A stretch of 64,000 nucleotides of DNA, from positions 192,001 to 256,000 of the forward strand of contig CBDBDR010000017.1 in assembly GCA_965203965.1 (NCBI GenBank), written 5' to 3'. The notes beneath the pieces were generated by a model that saw only the letters and a program-made list of their open reading frames with translations, was not told where the DNA came from and did no database searches. Shown in pieces: positions 31,247 through 41,192 of this stretch. Made by a program: the position numbers and the translations under genes. The stretch is from Thermodesulfobacteriota bacterium (GTDB lineage: Bacteria; Desulfobacterota_D; UBA1144; Nemesobacterales; JAJCZQ01). Position 1 is the first letter of the stretch; the number at the start of each line of letters is the position of its first letter.

Positions 31247-31378
31247 CTACTGATCCTTACGATTTATTTCTCTGAGTTTTTTTTCGAGCTTTCGAGTTGA
31301 TCGCATTAGGAAAAATATTGATAAAAAAGTAACAGTGCACAATGCCAACTGGATGTGCAAATTGGTATTAATATCCAT
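31247..31378 (-). CDS. Putative 43-aa single-pass membrane protein (below the ORF-track cutoff)
   Basis: MDINTNLHIQLALCTVTFLSIFFLMRSTRKLEKKLREINRKDQ*, ends 6 nt before the lgt start. Confidence 0.5.
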   Translation of the reverse strand: MDINTNLHIQLALCTVTFLSIFFLMRSTRKLEKKLREINRKDQ

Positions 31379-31490
31379 TAACAGTCCTTTAATACAGTTT
31401 TAATCAAGATATAAAGTAAAACCATAAAAATATTCCATGTAAATATAATTCTTGACCCATCTTTTTGCAATGGGTAGATTGGTTTTCAGC

Positions 31491-32087
31491 ATGTTGTCAA
31501 GTCCCGTGCTTGTTTTAAATAAGTTTTTTATACCCGTTTCCGTTACAAGTCTGAAGAGGGCTTTCATACTTCTTTACGGCGGGGCTGCAAAAGCCGTATC
31601 AGTAGATTACGAGGTTTTTGACTTCAATTCATGGTCGGATGTTGCAGCAGCAAACGAAGGTGACTGTGTAAAAACAGTCTCTCACATTATCAAGGCTCCA
31701 AGGGTCATTATACTTATGAGATATGAAGGATATTACAGAAAACAACCGAGATTCAACAGGATAAATATATTCAGAAGAGATAGTGGGTATTGCCAGTATT
31801 GTGGCAAATCATTTGCAAGACAAGACCTGACCCTTGATCATGTTATACCTAAATCTCAAAATGGTGGAAGTGTCTGGGAAAACGTGGTTTGCTGTTGTAT
31901 CAAATGTAACAGAAAGAAAGGTGGTAGAACACCTGCACAGGCAGGAATGAAGCTTCTGAACAAACCTGTAAGACCCAAGTGGAGTCCATTTTCAAATGTA
32001 TTCATGAGAGCAATTCAGTATAAAGAGTGGGAGCCTTTCCTGAATTTTGTCGATGTATCCTATTGGAACGTAGAATTGGAGAATTAG
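31491..32087 (+). CDS. HNH endonuclease (McrA-like)
   Basis: VLVLN, RDSGYCQYCG, LTLDHVIPKS, WENVVCCCIKCNRKKG. Confidence 0.92.
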   Translation: MLSSPVLVLNKFFIPVSVTSLKRAFILLYGGAAKAVSVDYEVFDFNSWSDVAAANEGDCVKTVSHIIKAPRVIILMRYEGYYRKQPRFNRINIFRRDSGYCQYCGKSFARQDLTLDHVIPKSQNGGSVWENVVCCCIKCNRKKGGRTPAQAGMKLLNKPVRPKWSPFSNVFMRAIQYKEWEPFLNFVDVSYWNVELEN

Positions 32088-32092
32088 CAAAA

Positions 32093-33418
32093 ATGGCAAA
32101 TAAGTTTTATAAGTTAAGTTGTTTACCTGTTTTTCTGGATTTATTAGTGAAAGGACTGCTAACGAGTCTGCTGATTATATTTTTTACCCTTATTGGAGGG
32201 AATATATCCTATTCACAGATAATTTTGCCGGGAGTTTCATCTCCCACAATTCAAAAAATCACATTACTAATTGCTCCACTTGAGAATATTGGCCCAAAAA
32301 ATTCTTATGCAAAAGAATTTGAAGAAATCTTGAAAAATGATCTGCAAAATGCAGCACTTTTTGATTTAAAATCCGAACCTGTTTCAGGCTTGGATGGGGA
32401 AAATATAAACTTTCAGTCACTTTTTAAGCAGGGAATAGACACTGTTGTAAAGGGTCAATACAAAATGGTGGACAAAAAAATAATTGTGTCTATTAGGATA
32501 TTTGATGTCTGGCGGGAGCGTGCATTAGATGGAAGGACTTATACTGCTAGCCCTTCAAAAATTAGAGAAGCCGCACACAGATTTGCAAATTTGATAATGA
32601 AAAATCTGACGGGGATAGATGGCTTTTTTACCTCCAAAATAGTTACAGTGGATGGTGAGAGTAAAAGGGATCTGTTCATAATGGACTATGACGGATTTAA
32701 TAAACGCAGGTTGACTTCCCATAGTGCAAAAGTTATGTCACCAAGCTGCTCGCGAGATGGACGCAAAATTGTGTTTAACTCGGATAAAATATTGGATCAT
32801 GATATTTATGTTTTATATCTCGTTCCACGACTAAGAGAAGAAAAAGAACGAAATGCTTCCAAGCCTTTTATTCTTGATCAAAGTGCAGAATGGTCACCCA
32901 ATGGATCGCGTATTGCATTTAGTTCCAAAGGGGATATCTATGTCTCAAATGTAAACGGTAAAAGTTTAAAGAAATTAACGAACGATCATTACATAGATGT
33001 TTCACCAACATGGTCTCCTGATGGAAATTCAATCGCATTTGTATCAGACAGATCAGGAAGCCCTCAAATCTATGTTATGAATGCCGACGGGAAAAACATG
33101 AAAAGGATAACTTCTGGAGATTATAACTCTGAACCTGCATGGTCGTCGAACCCGAAGGTGAACAAGATAGCTTACGTCAATGTAATAGGTGCACATTCCA
33201 ATATATTTACCGTGAAACCGGATGGTAGTGATGTCAAGCAGCTTACATTCGGATCGCAAAATGAAGCTCCTTCATGGTCTCCGGATGGGCATTTTATTAC
33301 ATTTTCCTCCAATCAGAATGTTTCAAGAGATATTTACATAATGTATCTGAACGGTGAGAACCAGAGGAGGCTTACAAAAAGTGGAAAAAAAAGATTTCCC
33401 ACTTGGTGTAAAAGATGA
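32093..33418 (+). CDS. tolB: TolB-like beta-propeller protein
   Basis: TolB N-domain (AHRFAN...LTGIDGFFTSKI), MDYDG, repeated PxWSPDG blades. Confidence 0.88.
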   Translation: MANKFYKLSCLPVFLDLLVKGLLTSLLIIFFTLIGGNISYSQIILPGVSSPTIQKITLLIAPLENIGPKNSYAKEFEEILKNDLQNAALFDLKSEPVSGLDGENINFQSLFKQGIDTVVKGQYKMVDKKIIVSIRIFDVWRERALDGRTYTASPSKIREAAHRFANLIMKNLTGIDGFFTSKIVTVDGESKRDLFIMDYDGFNKRRLTSHSAKVMSPSCSRDGRKIVFNSDKILDHDIYVLYLVPRLREEKERNASKPFILDQSAEWSPNGSRIAFSSKGDIYVSNVNGKSLKKLTNDHYIDVSPTWSPDGNSIAFVSDRSGSPQIYVMNADGKNMKRITSGDYNSEPAWSSNPKVNKIAYVNVIGAHSNIFTVKPDGSDVKQLTFGSQNEAPSWSPDGHFITFSSNQNVSRDIYIMYLNGENQRRLTKSGKKRFPTWCKR

Positions 33419-33442
33419 AATTAATAAACCAGAGAATATTAT

Positions 33443-33991
33443 TTGAGATTATTTGTCGCCGCTTTATTGCCCGATAAAGTCAAGAGTGAAATCGCGAACT
33501 ATGTAGAATATCTGCAAAAGAGAGTAAGGGGAGTCAAGTGGGAAAAAGAGAGCAGATTTCATATAACACTCAAGTTTTTAGGAGATATTGAGAGCAGTTT
33601 ACTTCCTGGTCTGAAAAGTGTTCTGCATAATACTTCCCAGAATTTTAAGTATACGCGTCTTGAGGTCACAAAACTTTCAGGAATTCCAAACCTTCGTTTA
33701 CCAAGAGTTATAATTCTGTCTCTTAATTACAATGAAAGATTTACTGCCTTGCATGATTCTATTCAGAAAAGCATCTATGAAAAACTGGAAATCAGTAGGG
33801 ACACTAGGATTTTTTACCCTCACATTACAATTGGCAGGGTAAAAGGTGATTTTAGAATTGACGAAAAGCTAAATCCCATAGATAACATCAACTTTAATGT
33901 TAATAAAATTACTCTTACGAGGAGCAAATTAACGCAAAAAGATTCAATATATAGTAATTTTGGACGTTTACAATCTAACATGACAGGTTGA
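33443..33991 (+). CDS. thpR: RNA 2',3'-cyclic phosphodiesterase (2H family)
   Basis: MRLFVA; two HxT motifs HITLKFLG and PHITIGR. Confidence 0.9.
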   Translation: MRLFVAALLPDKVKSEIANYVEYLQKRVRGVKWEKESRFHITLKFLGDIESSLLPGLKSVLHNTSQNFKYTRLEVTKLSGIPNLRLPRVIILSLNYNERFTALHDSIQKSIYEKLEISRDTRIFYPHITIGRVKGDFRIDEKLNPIDNINFNVNKITLTRSKLTQKDSIYSNFGRLQSNMTG

Positions 33992-34086
33992 TTAGCATAT
34001 ATGGATTTGTTATTGTTTATTACATTTGACAAGTTACCATGATTTAGGGGAAACTTATGTTTCATACGATTGTCATGGAGAAATAA

Positions 34087-34401
34087 ATGTTGGCTGTAAT
34101 AAAATCTGGTGGGAAACAATACATAGTTAAGCCCGGCGATATAATCGATATTGAAAAAATATCAGGGGAAGTGGGGGCTGAAGTTCAGTTTGGTGATGTT
34201 CTCATGGTTTCTGATGGGCAAGGAGACGTAAGAGTTGGGACACCTGTTGTTGAAGGAGTTAACGTCAAAGGCATAGTACTTGGAGAAAAAAAAGGGAATA
34301 AGTTGACTATATTCAAGTTCAAAAGAAGAAAGGGCTACAGGAAGAAGACTGGACACAGGCAAAAATACACATCAGTTAAAATAGATAGCATAAGTAATTA
34401 A
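34087..34401 (+). CDS. rplU: 50S ribosomal protein L21
   Basis: AVIKSGGKQY...KRRKGYRKKTGHRQ. Confidence 0.98.
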   Translation: MLAVIKSGGKQYIVKPGDIIDIEKISGEVGAEVQFGDVLMVSDGQGDVRVGTPVVEGVNVKGIVLGEKKGNKLTIFKFKRRKGYRKKTGHRQKYTSVKIDSISN

Positions 34402-34413
34402 CTGGAGGCTTTT

Positions 34414-34668
34414 ATGTCTACTAAGAAAGGTGGAGGCAGTACAAGCAATGGAAGGGATTCTGCTGGTAAGAGGTTAGGTGTTAAAAAATTCGGTGGTCAA
34501 CCTGTTAAAGCAGGCAATATAATTGTAAGGCAACGCGGAACAACTTTTTATCCAGGTCTGAAAGTCGGGCTGGGTAAAGACTTTACGCTTTTTGCACTGA
34601 GTGACGGTTTTGTCAAGTATGAAAGGTTCAAAAGGAACAAGACAAAAGTAAGCGTGCATACAGATTAA
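34414..34668 (+). CDS. rpmA: 50S ribosomal protein L27
   Basis: [21 protein letters not shown]...IIVRQRG. Confidence 0.98.
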   Translation: MSTKKGGGSTSNGRDSAGKRLGVKKFGGQPVKAGNIIVRQRGTTFYPGLKVGLGKDFTLFALSDGFVKYERFKRNKTKVSVHTD

Positions 34669-34787
34669 ATATTGTTCTTTTTCAATACACCGCTTCTTGA
34701 AAATATTCCCCTGTTCACCTTATTCCTTCTGCTGAATGAATGCTTAAAGATATAACATTTTGGTAATATGAAATGTAGTTCTTAACA

Positions 34788-36170
34788 ATGGATATTAAAT
34801 CGGCAGTTGCCACCTTTTTTATCTGCATAATTATTGCCGTCAGTGTTACTTTTTTCCAAGGTAGATACTTCTCTGACAAATTTTTGGAATACAAATCATC
34901 CGAAATATCTGAGAAGTTGTTGAATTCAAAGGATTTTGCTCTTACTGCAAGTAGATTACTCAGCTCAGGAGATGATATAAGCTACTTGAAATTATTCGAT
35001 AGCACTGGTGTGTTGCAACACAGTTTTGGTGATAATAAAGTCGCTGGAGCCGAAAAAATAGTTGTGAAAGTACCGGATGGCAGATCTATAATAATGGGGT
35101 TAAAAACAGTTGAAGTTCCAGTTATAGATTCTTATTCATTAATTTGGAGTGTGCTTATTGGTGTCAGTTCGGCTCTCATTTTAATTTCTATTATTTCAAT
35201 TAAAAGTTTGAAACCTGCCAAGCTAGTGAAACAGCTTGAAGACTCAATGGAAAGGATTTCTCAAGGTGATTATGAGGCTAAATTGGACATTGATTCTCTT
35301 AATGAGAAAGAGAGTCACATGATAAGGGTTTACGAAAGTTTCAATAAAATGGTGGATAGTCTTAATGTGAAATATAAAGAGTGGAAAAAAGAGTCTGAGC
35401 CGCTGAAAGAAATAACATCTAGTAATAGCACAAGATTCGAAGAAAATGAAAGTAGTAAAACCGCTTGGGGAGTTAAAAAAAAGGGGGTAAGTGAAGACTC
35501 TTTCCAGGATAAAGACGAGGAAGAAAGCAGAGATCAGGAACAGGAAAATGTAGGTGTGGAAAAGGTTGAAAGACTTTCCATGTTTAGTTCAGGAGTTGCT
35601 TTACCATATAAAGTCCCTTCTCTTGAATCCGGAAACTTAGGTGTTCTCATTGTAAAAGTAGAAGATTTTGAAAATTTATCTGAGGGGTTTGATACCTCAG
35701 AATCCAACATGTTTTTGACTGGATACAATAAATTTTGTGGGAGAATAATTAAAAGCTATGGAGGGATTGTAAGAACAGTGTTTAGAGGTGAAATAGTGGC
35801 TACTTTTAAGTTTACCGATGAGAAAAATTATCCTGAACTGATGCCAATATGTGCCGCAGTAGAGGTATTGCAAGAACTTACTAATATAGCAAAGAAAAAA
35901 AAGGCTGAAGGTAATCGGGTAGTGACTGGAAAAATTGGAATAAGCATGAAAAAATCCAGTGTTCCGGACGAAGTTGAAAACGCCATTAAAGATGCGAGAA
36001 ATATCTGTGAGAACACAAAGATCTGGAAATTGTGCATTTCTCCTGAGTTATACAAAAAGGTAAAAGATTTTGTTGAAGCAAGTCAATACGTAGTTAATAG
36101 TGAGACGATTTACTTAGTCACCGGTGTTGAACAAGGAGTTGTTCACCCTGAAAAACCTCCCTTAGCATAA
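34788..36170 (+). CDS. Membrane protein with HAMP and degenerate class III nucleotidyl-cyclase-like domain
   Basis: Two TMs; HAMP (PAKLVKQLEDSMERISQGDY...SFNKMVDSL); cyclase-like VLIVKVEDFENLSE...IIKSYGG...GKIGIS. Confidence 0.7.
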   Translation: MDIKSAVATFFICIIIAVSVTFFQGRYFSDKFLEYKSSEISEKLLNSKDFALTASRLLSSGDDISYLKLFDSTGVLQHSFGDNKVAGAEKIVVKVPDGRSIIMGLKTVEVPVIDSYSLIWSVLIGVSSALILISIISIKSLKPAKLVKQLEDSMERISQGDYEAKLDIDSLNEKESHMIRVYESFNKMVDSLNVKYKEWKKESEPLKEITSSNSTRFEENESSKTAWGVKKKGVSEDSFQDKDEEESRDQEQENVGVEKVERLSMFSSGVALPYKVPSLESGNLGVLIVKVEDFENLSEGFDTSESNMFLTGYNKFCGRIIKSYGGIVRTVFRGEIVATFKFTDEKNYPELMPICAAVEVLQELTNIAKKKKAEGNRVVTGKIGISMKKSSVPDEVENAIKDARNICENTKIWKLCISPELYKKVKDFVEASQYVVNSETIYLVTGVEQGVVHPEKPPLA

Positions 36171-36200
36171 GGGTGTTTTTGATGCATCTAATTTCCAATA

Positions 36201-37259
36201 ATGCAAGTGCAAAATATAAAGAATTTATCACCAAAGCAACTTGAAGATGTTGTTGTGAATATAGGAGAAAAACCATACCGTGCCGGGCAGATTGGCAAAT
36301 GGTTGTATCAGAAGCACGCAACCAGCTATAATGATATGACCGACCTATCTATCGGTTTAAGAAACAAGTTGAGAAGCCTATTTCCCATAACTCCATTATC
36401 ACAACTGGTAAATAAGCAAATATCTCGGGATGGAACGGTCAAACATCTCTTTAGGCTCAATGATGGTAACAGAATTGAATCCGTTTTAATTCCCGAGAAG
36501 AAAAGGCAGACGCTCTGTGTTTCTTCTCAGGTTGGTTGTGCGCTTGGTTGTAAATTTTGCATGACAGCCACAATGGGAAGGATTAGGAACTTGAATACGG
36601 CAGAAATCATTGATCAGGTATTGTATGTAAATTCAACCGGGAGAAAACCGGTTACAAACATTGTTTTTATGGGAATGGGAGAGCCATTGGATAATTTGGA
36701 TAACCTTGTTAGCTCAATTCAGGTATTGACGGATAAGCAATGTGTTGGAATGTCACCGAGGAAGATTACCGTATCCACTTCCGGTCTGGTTCCTAAAATC
36801 AATGAATTTGGAAAAAGACTCAGCGTGAATCTATCTGTTTCATTGAATGCATCTAACGATGAAACTAGGGACAAGATCATGCCGATAAACAAAAAATATA
36901 AAATTAAGAAACTGATTAGTGCCGCTATAAAATATCCGTTACCAAAAAGGAAATTATTGACCTTTGAGTATGTATTGATTAGTGGGGTGAATGATTCAGA
37001 TCTCAATGCATCTGAACTGGCAAATCTATTGCGAGATTTAAGTAGTAAAGTTAATCTTATACCTTATAACGAAGCATGTTCTCTTCCTTACAAGAGTCCT
37101 GATGAGAAAAGGGTTCTGAGTTTTCAGAAAATACTTGTGAACAAGGGCATTAACGCAAAAATAAGAAGGAATAGGGGTAGAGACATTCTTGCGGCCTGCG
37201 GGCAGTTGGCTTCAATTTATCCAAGTAACGTTAGCGATGAAGGAAATTGCTTATGTTAA
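36201..37259 (+). CDS. rlmN: Dual-specificity rRNA/tRNA methyltransferase RlmN
   Basis: CVSSQVGCALGCKFC, FMGMGEP, FEYV, DILAACGQL. Confidence 0.97.
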   Translation: MQVQNIKNLSPKQLEDVVVNIGEKPYRAGQIGKWLYQKHATSYNDMTDLSIGLRNKLRSLFPITPLSQLVNKQISRDGTVKHLFRLNDGNRIESVLIPEKKRQTLCVSSQVGCALGCKFCMTATMGRIRNLNTAEIIDQVLYVNSTGRKPVTNIVFMGMGEPLDNLDNLVSSIQVLTDKQCVGMSPRKITVSTSGLVPKINEFGKRLSVNLSVSLNASNDETRDKIMPINKKYKIKKLISAAIKYPLPKRKLLTFEYVLISGVNDSDLNASELANLLRDLSSKVNLIPYNEACSLPYKSPDEKRVLSFQKILVNKGINAKIRRNRGRDILAACGQLASIYPSNVSDEGNCLC

Positions 37260-37274
37260 AGAAAAAGTGCAAAA

Positions 37275-39911
37275 ATGACAGGAAACGAAACAAGGTCTGT
37301 TTTTCTGGATTATTTTAAGAACAGAGATCATACAGAAGTAAGGAGTTCTTCTTTAATTCCTAAGGATGACAACACTCTTCTTTTTGTCAACTCAGGTATG
37401 GTGCAGTTTAAAAATACCTTTCTCGGAACAGAAAAGAGAGATTATAAACGTGCAGTCTCATCGCAGAAGTGTGTCCGTGCAGGTGGTAAGCATAATGACC
37501 TCACTAACGTGGGATATACAGCAAGACACCACACGTTTTTCGAAATGCTGGGCAATTTTTCATTTGGAGACTATTTTAAAAAAGAAGCAATTGAGTTCGG
37601 ATGGGAACTTATTACAAATGTGTATGGATTACCAAAAGATAAATTATGGGTAACTGTGTTTGAAAAAGACGACGAAGCCCATGGTATATGGAAAAATCAT
37701 ATAGGGCTCAGCCCTTACAGAATAGTAAGAATGGGAGAGGATGACAATTTTTGGTCAATGGCAGAAACAGGTCCGTGCGGTCCCTGTTCCGAGATCATAA
37801 TTGATCAGGGTAGTGGGATTGGTTGTGGTAAAAAGGATTGTAACATCGGATGTGGGTGCGATAGGTATTTGGAACTGTGGAATCTGGTTTTTATGCAGTT
37901 TGACAGAAATAGTCAAGGGAACCTCACTCCGCTCGCCAATCCAAGCATTGACACGGGAATGGGGTTAGAAAGAATCAGCGCTGTATTGCAAGGTGTAAAA
38001 AGTAATTACGAGACTGATCTCCTGTTGGGGATTATAGATAACATATCAACTCTATGTGGGATTGAATACGAGCATGGTAAGTTACATAGCGATATTTCCA
38101 TGAGAGTTATAGCTGACCATTCAAGGGCAGTAAATTTTTTAATTTCAGACGGTGTATTTCCTTCCAACGAGGGCAGGGGGTACGTTCTCAGGAGGATACT
38201 GAGACGATCTGTAAGACATGCAAAAATGCTCGGGATGAATGAGCCTTTTCTTTACAGAATATTGCCCAGTGTAAACAAATTTTATGGAGAAATATATCCT
38301 GAACTTATAAAACAGACTGACTTTATCTCACAAGTTGTTAAGAATGAAGAGCAAAGATTTCTGGATACCATTGACCGTGGTCTTGAACTTCTTGAAGCCG
38401 AAGTTGCCGAGTTGGGGGAGAATGATACTTTGTCAGGAAAAGTGGCATTCAAGCTATACGATACATACGGTTTTCCCTACGATCTGACCGAAGATATTAC
38501 AAAAAGCAGAGGTATAAAAATTAATAACACGGAATTTGACTTTGAAATGCGCAAGCAACAGAAGCAGTCAAGAAGGTCTTGGGTGGAATCTAACGCCTAT
38601 GTATCCGTAGCTCCTTCGTATGACCCTGTCAAATTTACAGGCTATGAAAATACAGAGAGAGAATCCTCTATTCAGCTGATAAGAAAGAACAATCAGTGTG
38701 TCGAGAGTATTTCTGAAAGTGATATTTCTGAAGGTGATATTATAGAACTGATAACACGTTCAACCCCTTTTTACAGTGAGTCTGGTGGACAGGTGGGTGA
38801 TAGGGGAGTCATAGAGTCCGACAGGTTCAAATGTAGCGTTATTAATACAATAAAGCCGTTACCAAATTTTGTAGTTCATCGCGTTAGGATAGAGAAAGGT
38901 TATGTCCGGACTGAGGATAAAGTTGATCTGAAAATTGATAAGGATTTCAGATTTGGGGTGGAATCTCATCATACATCTACACATATACTCCACGCTGTTT
39001 TGAGAGAAGTTCTTGGGGGTCATGTACATCAAGCAGGTTCATTAGTAACTACTGATAAGTTCCGTTTTGATTTTAGCCATCACTCTGCATTAAAAATCAA
39101 AGATATAAGGAAGGTAGAGGAGTTGATGAATGAAAGAGTGAGAATGGATGATAAAATTGAAATTCGTAATGATGTTCCATACGATGAGGCAATAAAAGAT
39201 GGTGCTATGGCAATTTTTGAAGAAAAATATGGTGATAAAGTAAGAGTGGTCTCCATTGGTAACTACAGCAGGGAACTTTGCGGTGGAACACATTTACGCA
39301 GTGCAGGAGAGGCAGGTTTAATAAAAGTGGTAAACGAAACAGCCTCCTCCTCCGGGGTCAGAAGAATTGAAGCCGTAGCATCTGAATCTGCCCTAAAACT
39401 TATTGAGCATCATAATGAAATAGTTAAAAAATCAGAATCAGCGTTAAAAGCATCAAAATCGTGTTTGATCAAAGATCTAAAAGCCGTTGTTGAAGAAAAT
39501 CAAGTGTTAAACAAGGAATTAAGAGAATTAAATGCGAGGTCATTATGCAATAGGGTGGAGAGTTATCTGGAAAATATGATAAGTATCGGAAATATAAAAT
39601 TGCTGGCGCAGAGCATAAATGGTGCATCTCACTCCGATCTAAGAACCGTATGGAGCAGTTTGAAGCCAAAATTACAACGTGGTGTAGTTGTTCTTGCAAG
39701 CAAAGATTCCGAGAAAGTTTTTTTGCTGGTTGCCGTTACACAAAACCTTACGAAAAAATATAATGCAGGCAATATCGTTAAAGAACTGTCAAAGATTGTA
39801 GGTGGAAAAGGAGGTGGAAAGCCCGATCTTGGACAAGGTGGAGGTAGTATCACAAGTAAAATGGATGAAGCATTAAGTAAATCCATAAATATTATAAAGA
39901 GAGATTTATGA
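37275..39911 (+). CDS. alaS: Alanine--tRNA ligase
   Basis: RHHTFFEMLGNFSFGDYFK, DTGMGLER, editing HTSTH/ELCGGTH, GGKGGG. Confidence 0.99.
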   Translation: MTGNETRSVFLDYFKNRDHTEVRSSSLIPKDDNTLLFVNSGMVQFKNTFLGTEKRDYKRAVSSQKCVRAGGKHNDLTNVGYTARHHTFFEMLGNFSFGDYFKKEAIEFGWELITNVYGLPKDKLWVTVFEKDDEAHGIWKNHIGLSPYRIVRMGEDDNFWSMAETGPCGPCSEIIIDQGSGIGCGKKDCNIGCGCDRYLELWNLVFMQFDRNSQGNLTPLANPSIDTGMGLERISAVLQGVKSNYETDLLLGIIDNISTLCGIEYEHGKLHSDISMRVIADHSRAVNFLISDGVFPSNEGRGYVLRRILRRSVRHAKMLGMNEPFLYRILPSVNKFYGEIYPELIKQTDFISQVVKNEEQRFLDTIDRGLELLEAEVAELGENDTLSGKVAFKLYDTYGFPYDLTEDITKSRGIKINNTEFDFEMRKQQKQSRRSWVESNAYVSVAPSYDPVKFTGYENTERESSIQLIRKNNQCVESISESDISEGDIIELITRSTPFYSESGGQVGDRGVIESDRFKCSVINTIKPLPNFVVHRVRIEKGYVRTEDKVDLKIDKDFRFGVESHHTSTHILHAVLREVLGGHVHQAGSLVTTDKFRFDFSHHSALKIKDIRKVEELMNERVRMDDKIEIRNDVPYDEAIKDGAMAIFEEKYGDKVRVVSIGNYSRELCGGTHLRSAGEAGLIKVVNETASSSGVRRIEAVASESALKLIEHHNEIVKKSESALKASKSCLIKDLKAVVEENQVLNKELRELNARSLCNRVESYLENMISIGNIKLLAQSINGASHSDLRTVWSSLKPKLQRGVVVLASKDSEKVFLLVAVTQNLTKKYNAGNIVKELSKIVGGKGGGKPDLGQGGGSITSKMDEALSKSINIIKRDL

Positions 39912-39956
39912 AGAAACTGTTACATAATTTTTAAGAAATTCATACGAGGTTTTACT

Positions 39957-40859
39957 TTACATATTGATGTTTTCTACGCCTTGTTTCTTAAAAGCTTTTT
40001 TGATCTTTGTTAAAGCCGTATTTTCAATCTGCCTTACACGTTCGCGGGATATACTATATTTTTCGCCTATTTCCTCAAGCGTCATCGGCTTATCTACAAG
40101 AATGCGATTTTGAACTATGTATTTTTCTCTTTCCTTCAGTTCGTCCATAATCCTATCAATATTTTTTTTGATAGTTGATTCAATCTGATTTTTTGCGATT
40201 AGATCCTCCTGATTGAAACTGTTGTCTTTAAGGTAGTTTATAAAACTGCTTTCATCATCCTTGCCTATCCGGGCATCCAGTGAGAGGTCTTTCTGGGTCA
40301 TTCTCTGATCCATCTGTTTCACCTCCTTTTCTTTTACTCCAAGTTGTTTGGCAATTTTTGAGTAATCATCATCCGTTATTATATTTCCTTCTGTCTCCAG
40401 TGCGTTTTTCGTGGATCTCAACTTATAAAACAACTTGCGTTGTGCCTGACTTGTTCCAACTTTGACAAGACTCCATGATTTAATAAGGAAATTTTGCATA
40501 TATGCCCTTATCCACCATACTGCATATGAGATCAGCCTATATCCTTTTGTTGGATCAAATCCTTTCACAGCTTGCATTAGCCCTATGTTTCCTTCTTGTA
40601 TTAAGTCCATCATGTTCACATCATAGTTCCTATATTCATTGGCAATTTTCACAACAAACTTAAGATTGCAGGAAACAAGTTTTCTAGCAGCTTCAATATC
40701 GCCTTCATTTTTGTATTTCATGGCAAGTTCATGTTCTTCTTTTCTGCTCAGCACCGGGTGGTTGCTGATCTCGGCAAGGTATCTTTCAAGTGAACTGGTT
40801 GTGGCAGGGAGGTTTGCCGAATAGCTTTTTGCTTTAACTTTTCCTTCGCTGTCTGTCAT
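39957..40859 (-). CDS. rpoH: RNA polymerase sigma-32 factor
   Basis: DLIQEGNIGLM, YAVWWIRA, RpoH-box-like QRKLFYKLR, SRERVRQIE. Confidence 0.92.
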   Translation of the reverse strand: MTDSEGKVKAKSYSANLPATTSSLERYLAEISNHPVLSRKEEHELAMKYKNEGDIEAARKLVSCNLKFVVKIANEYRNYDVNMMDLIQEGNIGLMQAVKGFDPTKGYRLISYAVWWIRAYMQNFLIKSWSLVKVGTSQAQRKLFYKLRSTKNALETEGNIITDDDYSKIAKQLGVKEKEVKQMDQRMTQKDLSLDARIGKDDESSFINYLKDNSFNQEDLIAKNQIESTIKKNIDRIMDELKEREKYIVQNRILVDKPMTLEEIGEKYSISRERVRQIENTALTKIKKAFKKQGVENINM

Positions 40860-40987
40860 AACACAGTTCAGTCACCGTGAATAAGTCGCGTTACGGTTAA
40901 ATTTTAAGTAGGATTATAATACACATTATGTGAAACAATAAATAACTGAGTTGTTAATTTTCGTTTTTTTGATAGTGCTTCAAATTC

Positions 40988-41016
40988 TTGACTGTGTGTT
41001 TTAGAATGTTTAGATT
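40988..41016 (+). promoter_or_regulatory. Putative sigma70 promoter of tRNA-Asn
   Basis: TTGACT, 17 bp, TAGATT, about 20 nt before the tRNA. Confidence 0.55.
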
Positions 41017-41037
41017 AATGCTTCTTTTCAAAACGGA

Positions 41038-41113
41038 TCCGGCGTAGCTCAGTTGGCAGAGCGGATGACTGTTAATCATTAGGTCGCAGGTTCGAGCCCT
41101 GCCGCCGGAGCCA
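41038..41113 (+). tRNA. tRNA-Asn(GTT), CCA encoded
   Basis: TCCGGCGTAGCTCAG...CTGTTAA...GGTTCGAGCCC...GCCGGAGCCA. Confidence 0.96.
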
Positions 41114-41192
41114 TGTTTTATGTTTGTCTGATTATTTAAATGCTGATAATTTGAGTTTTGAGAACACCATTCCTACCGGTCATGTTTTGTTT

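Noticed and set aside
31491..33991. HNH nuclease - tolB - thpR as a novel toxin or defence unit
   Set aside because: Each resembles an ordinary stand-alone family member. The absence of pal/tolQRA here is explained as easily by gene-order shuffling.
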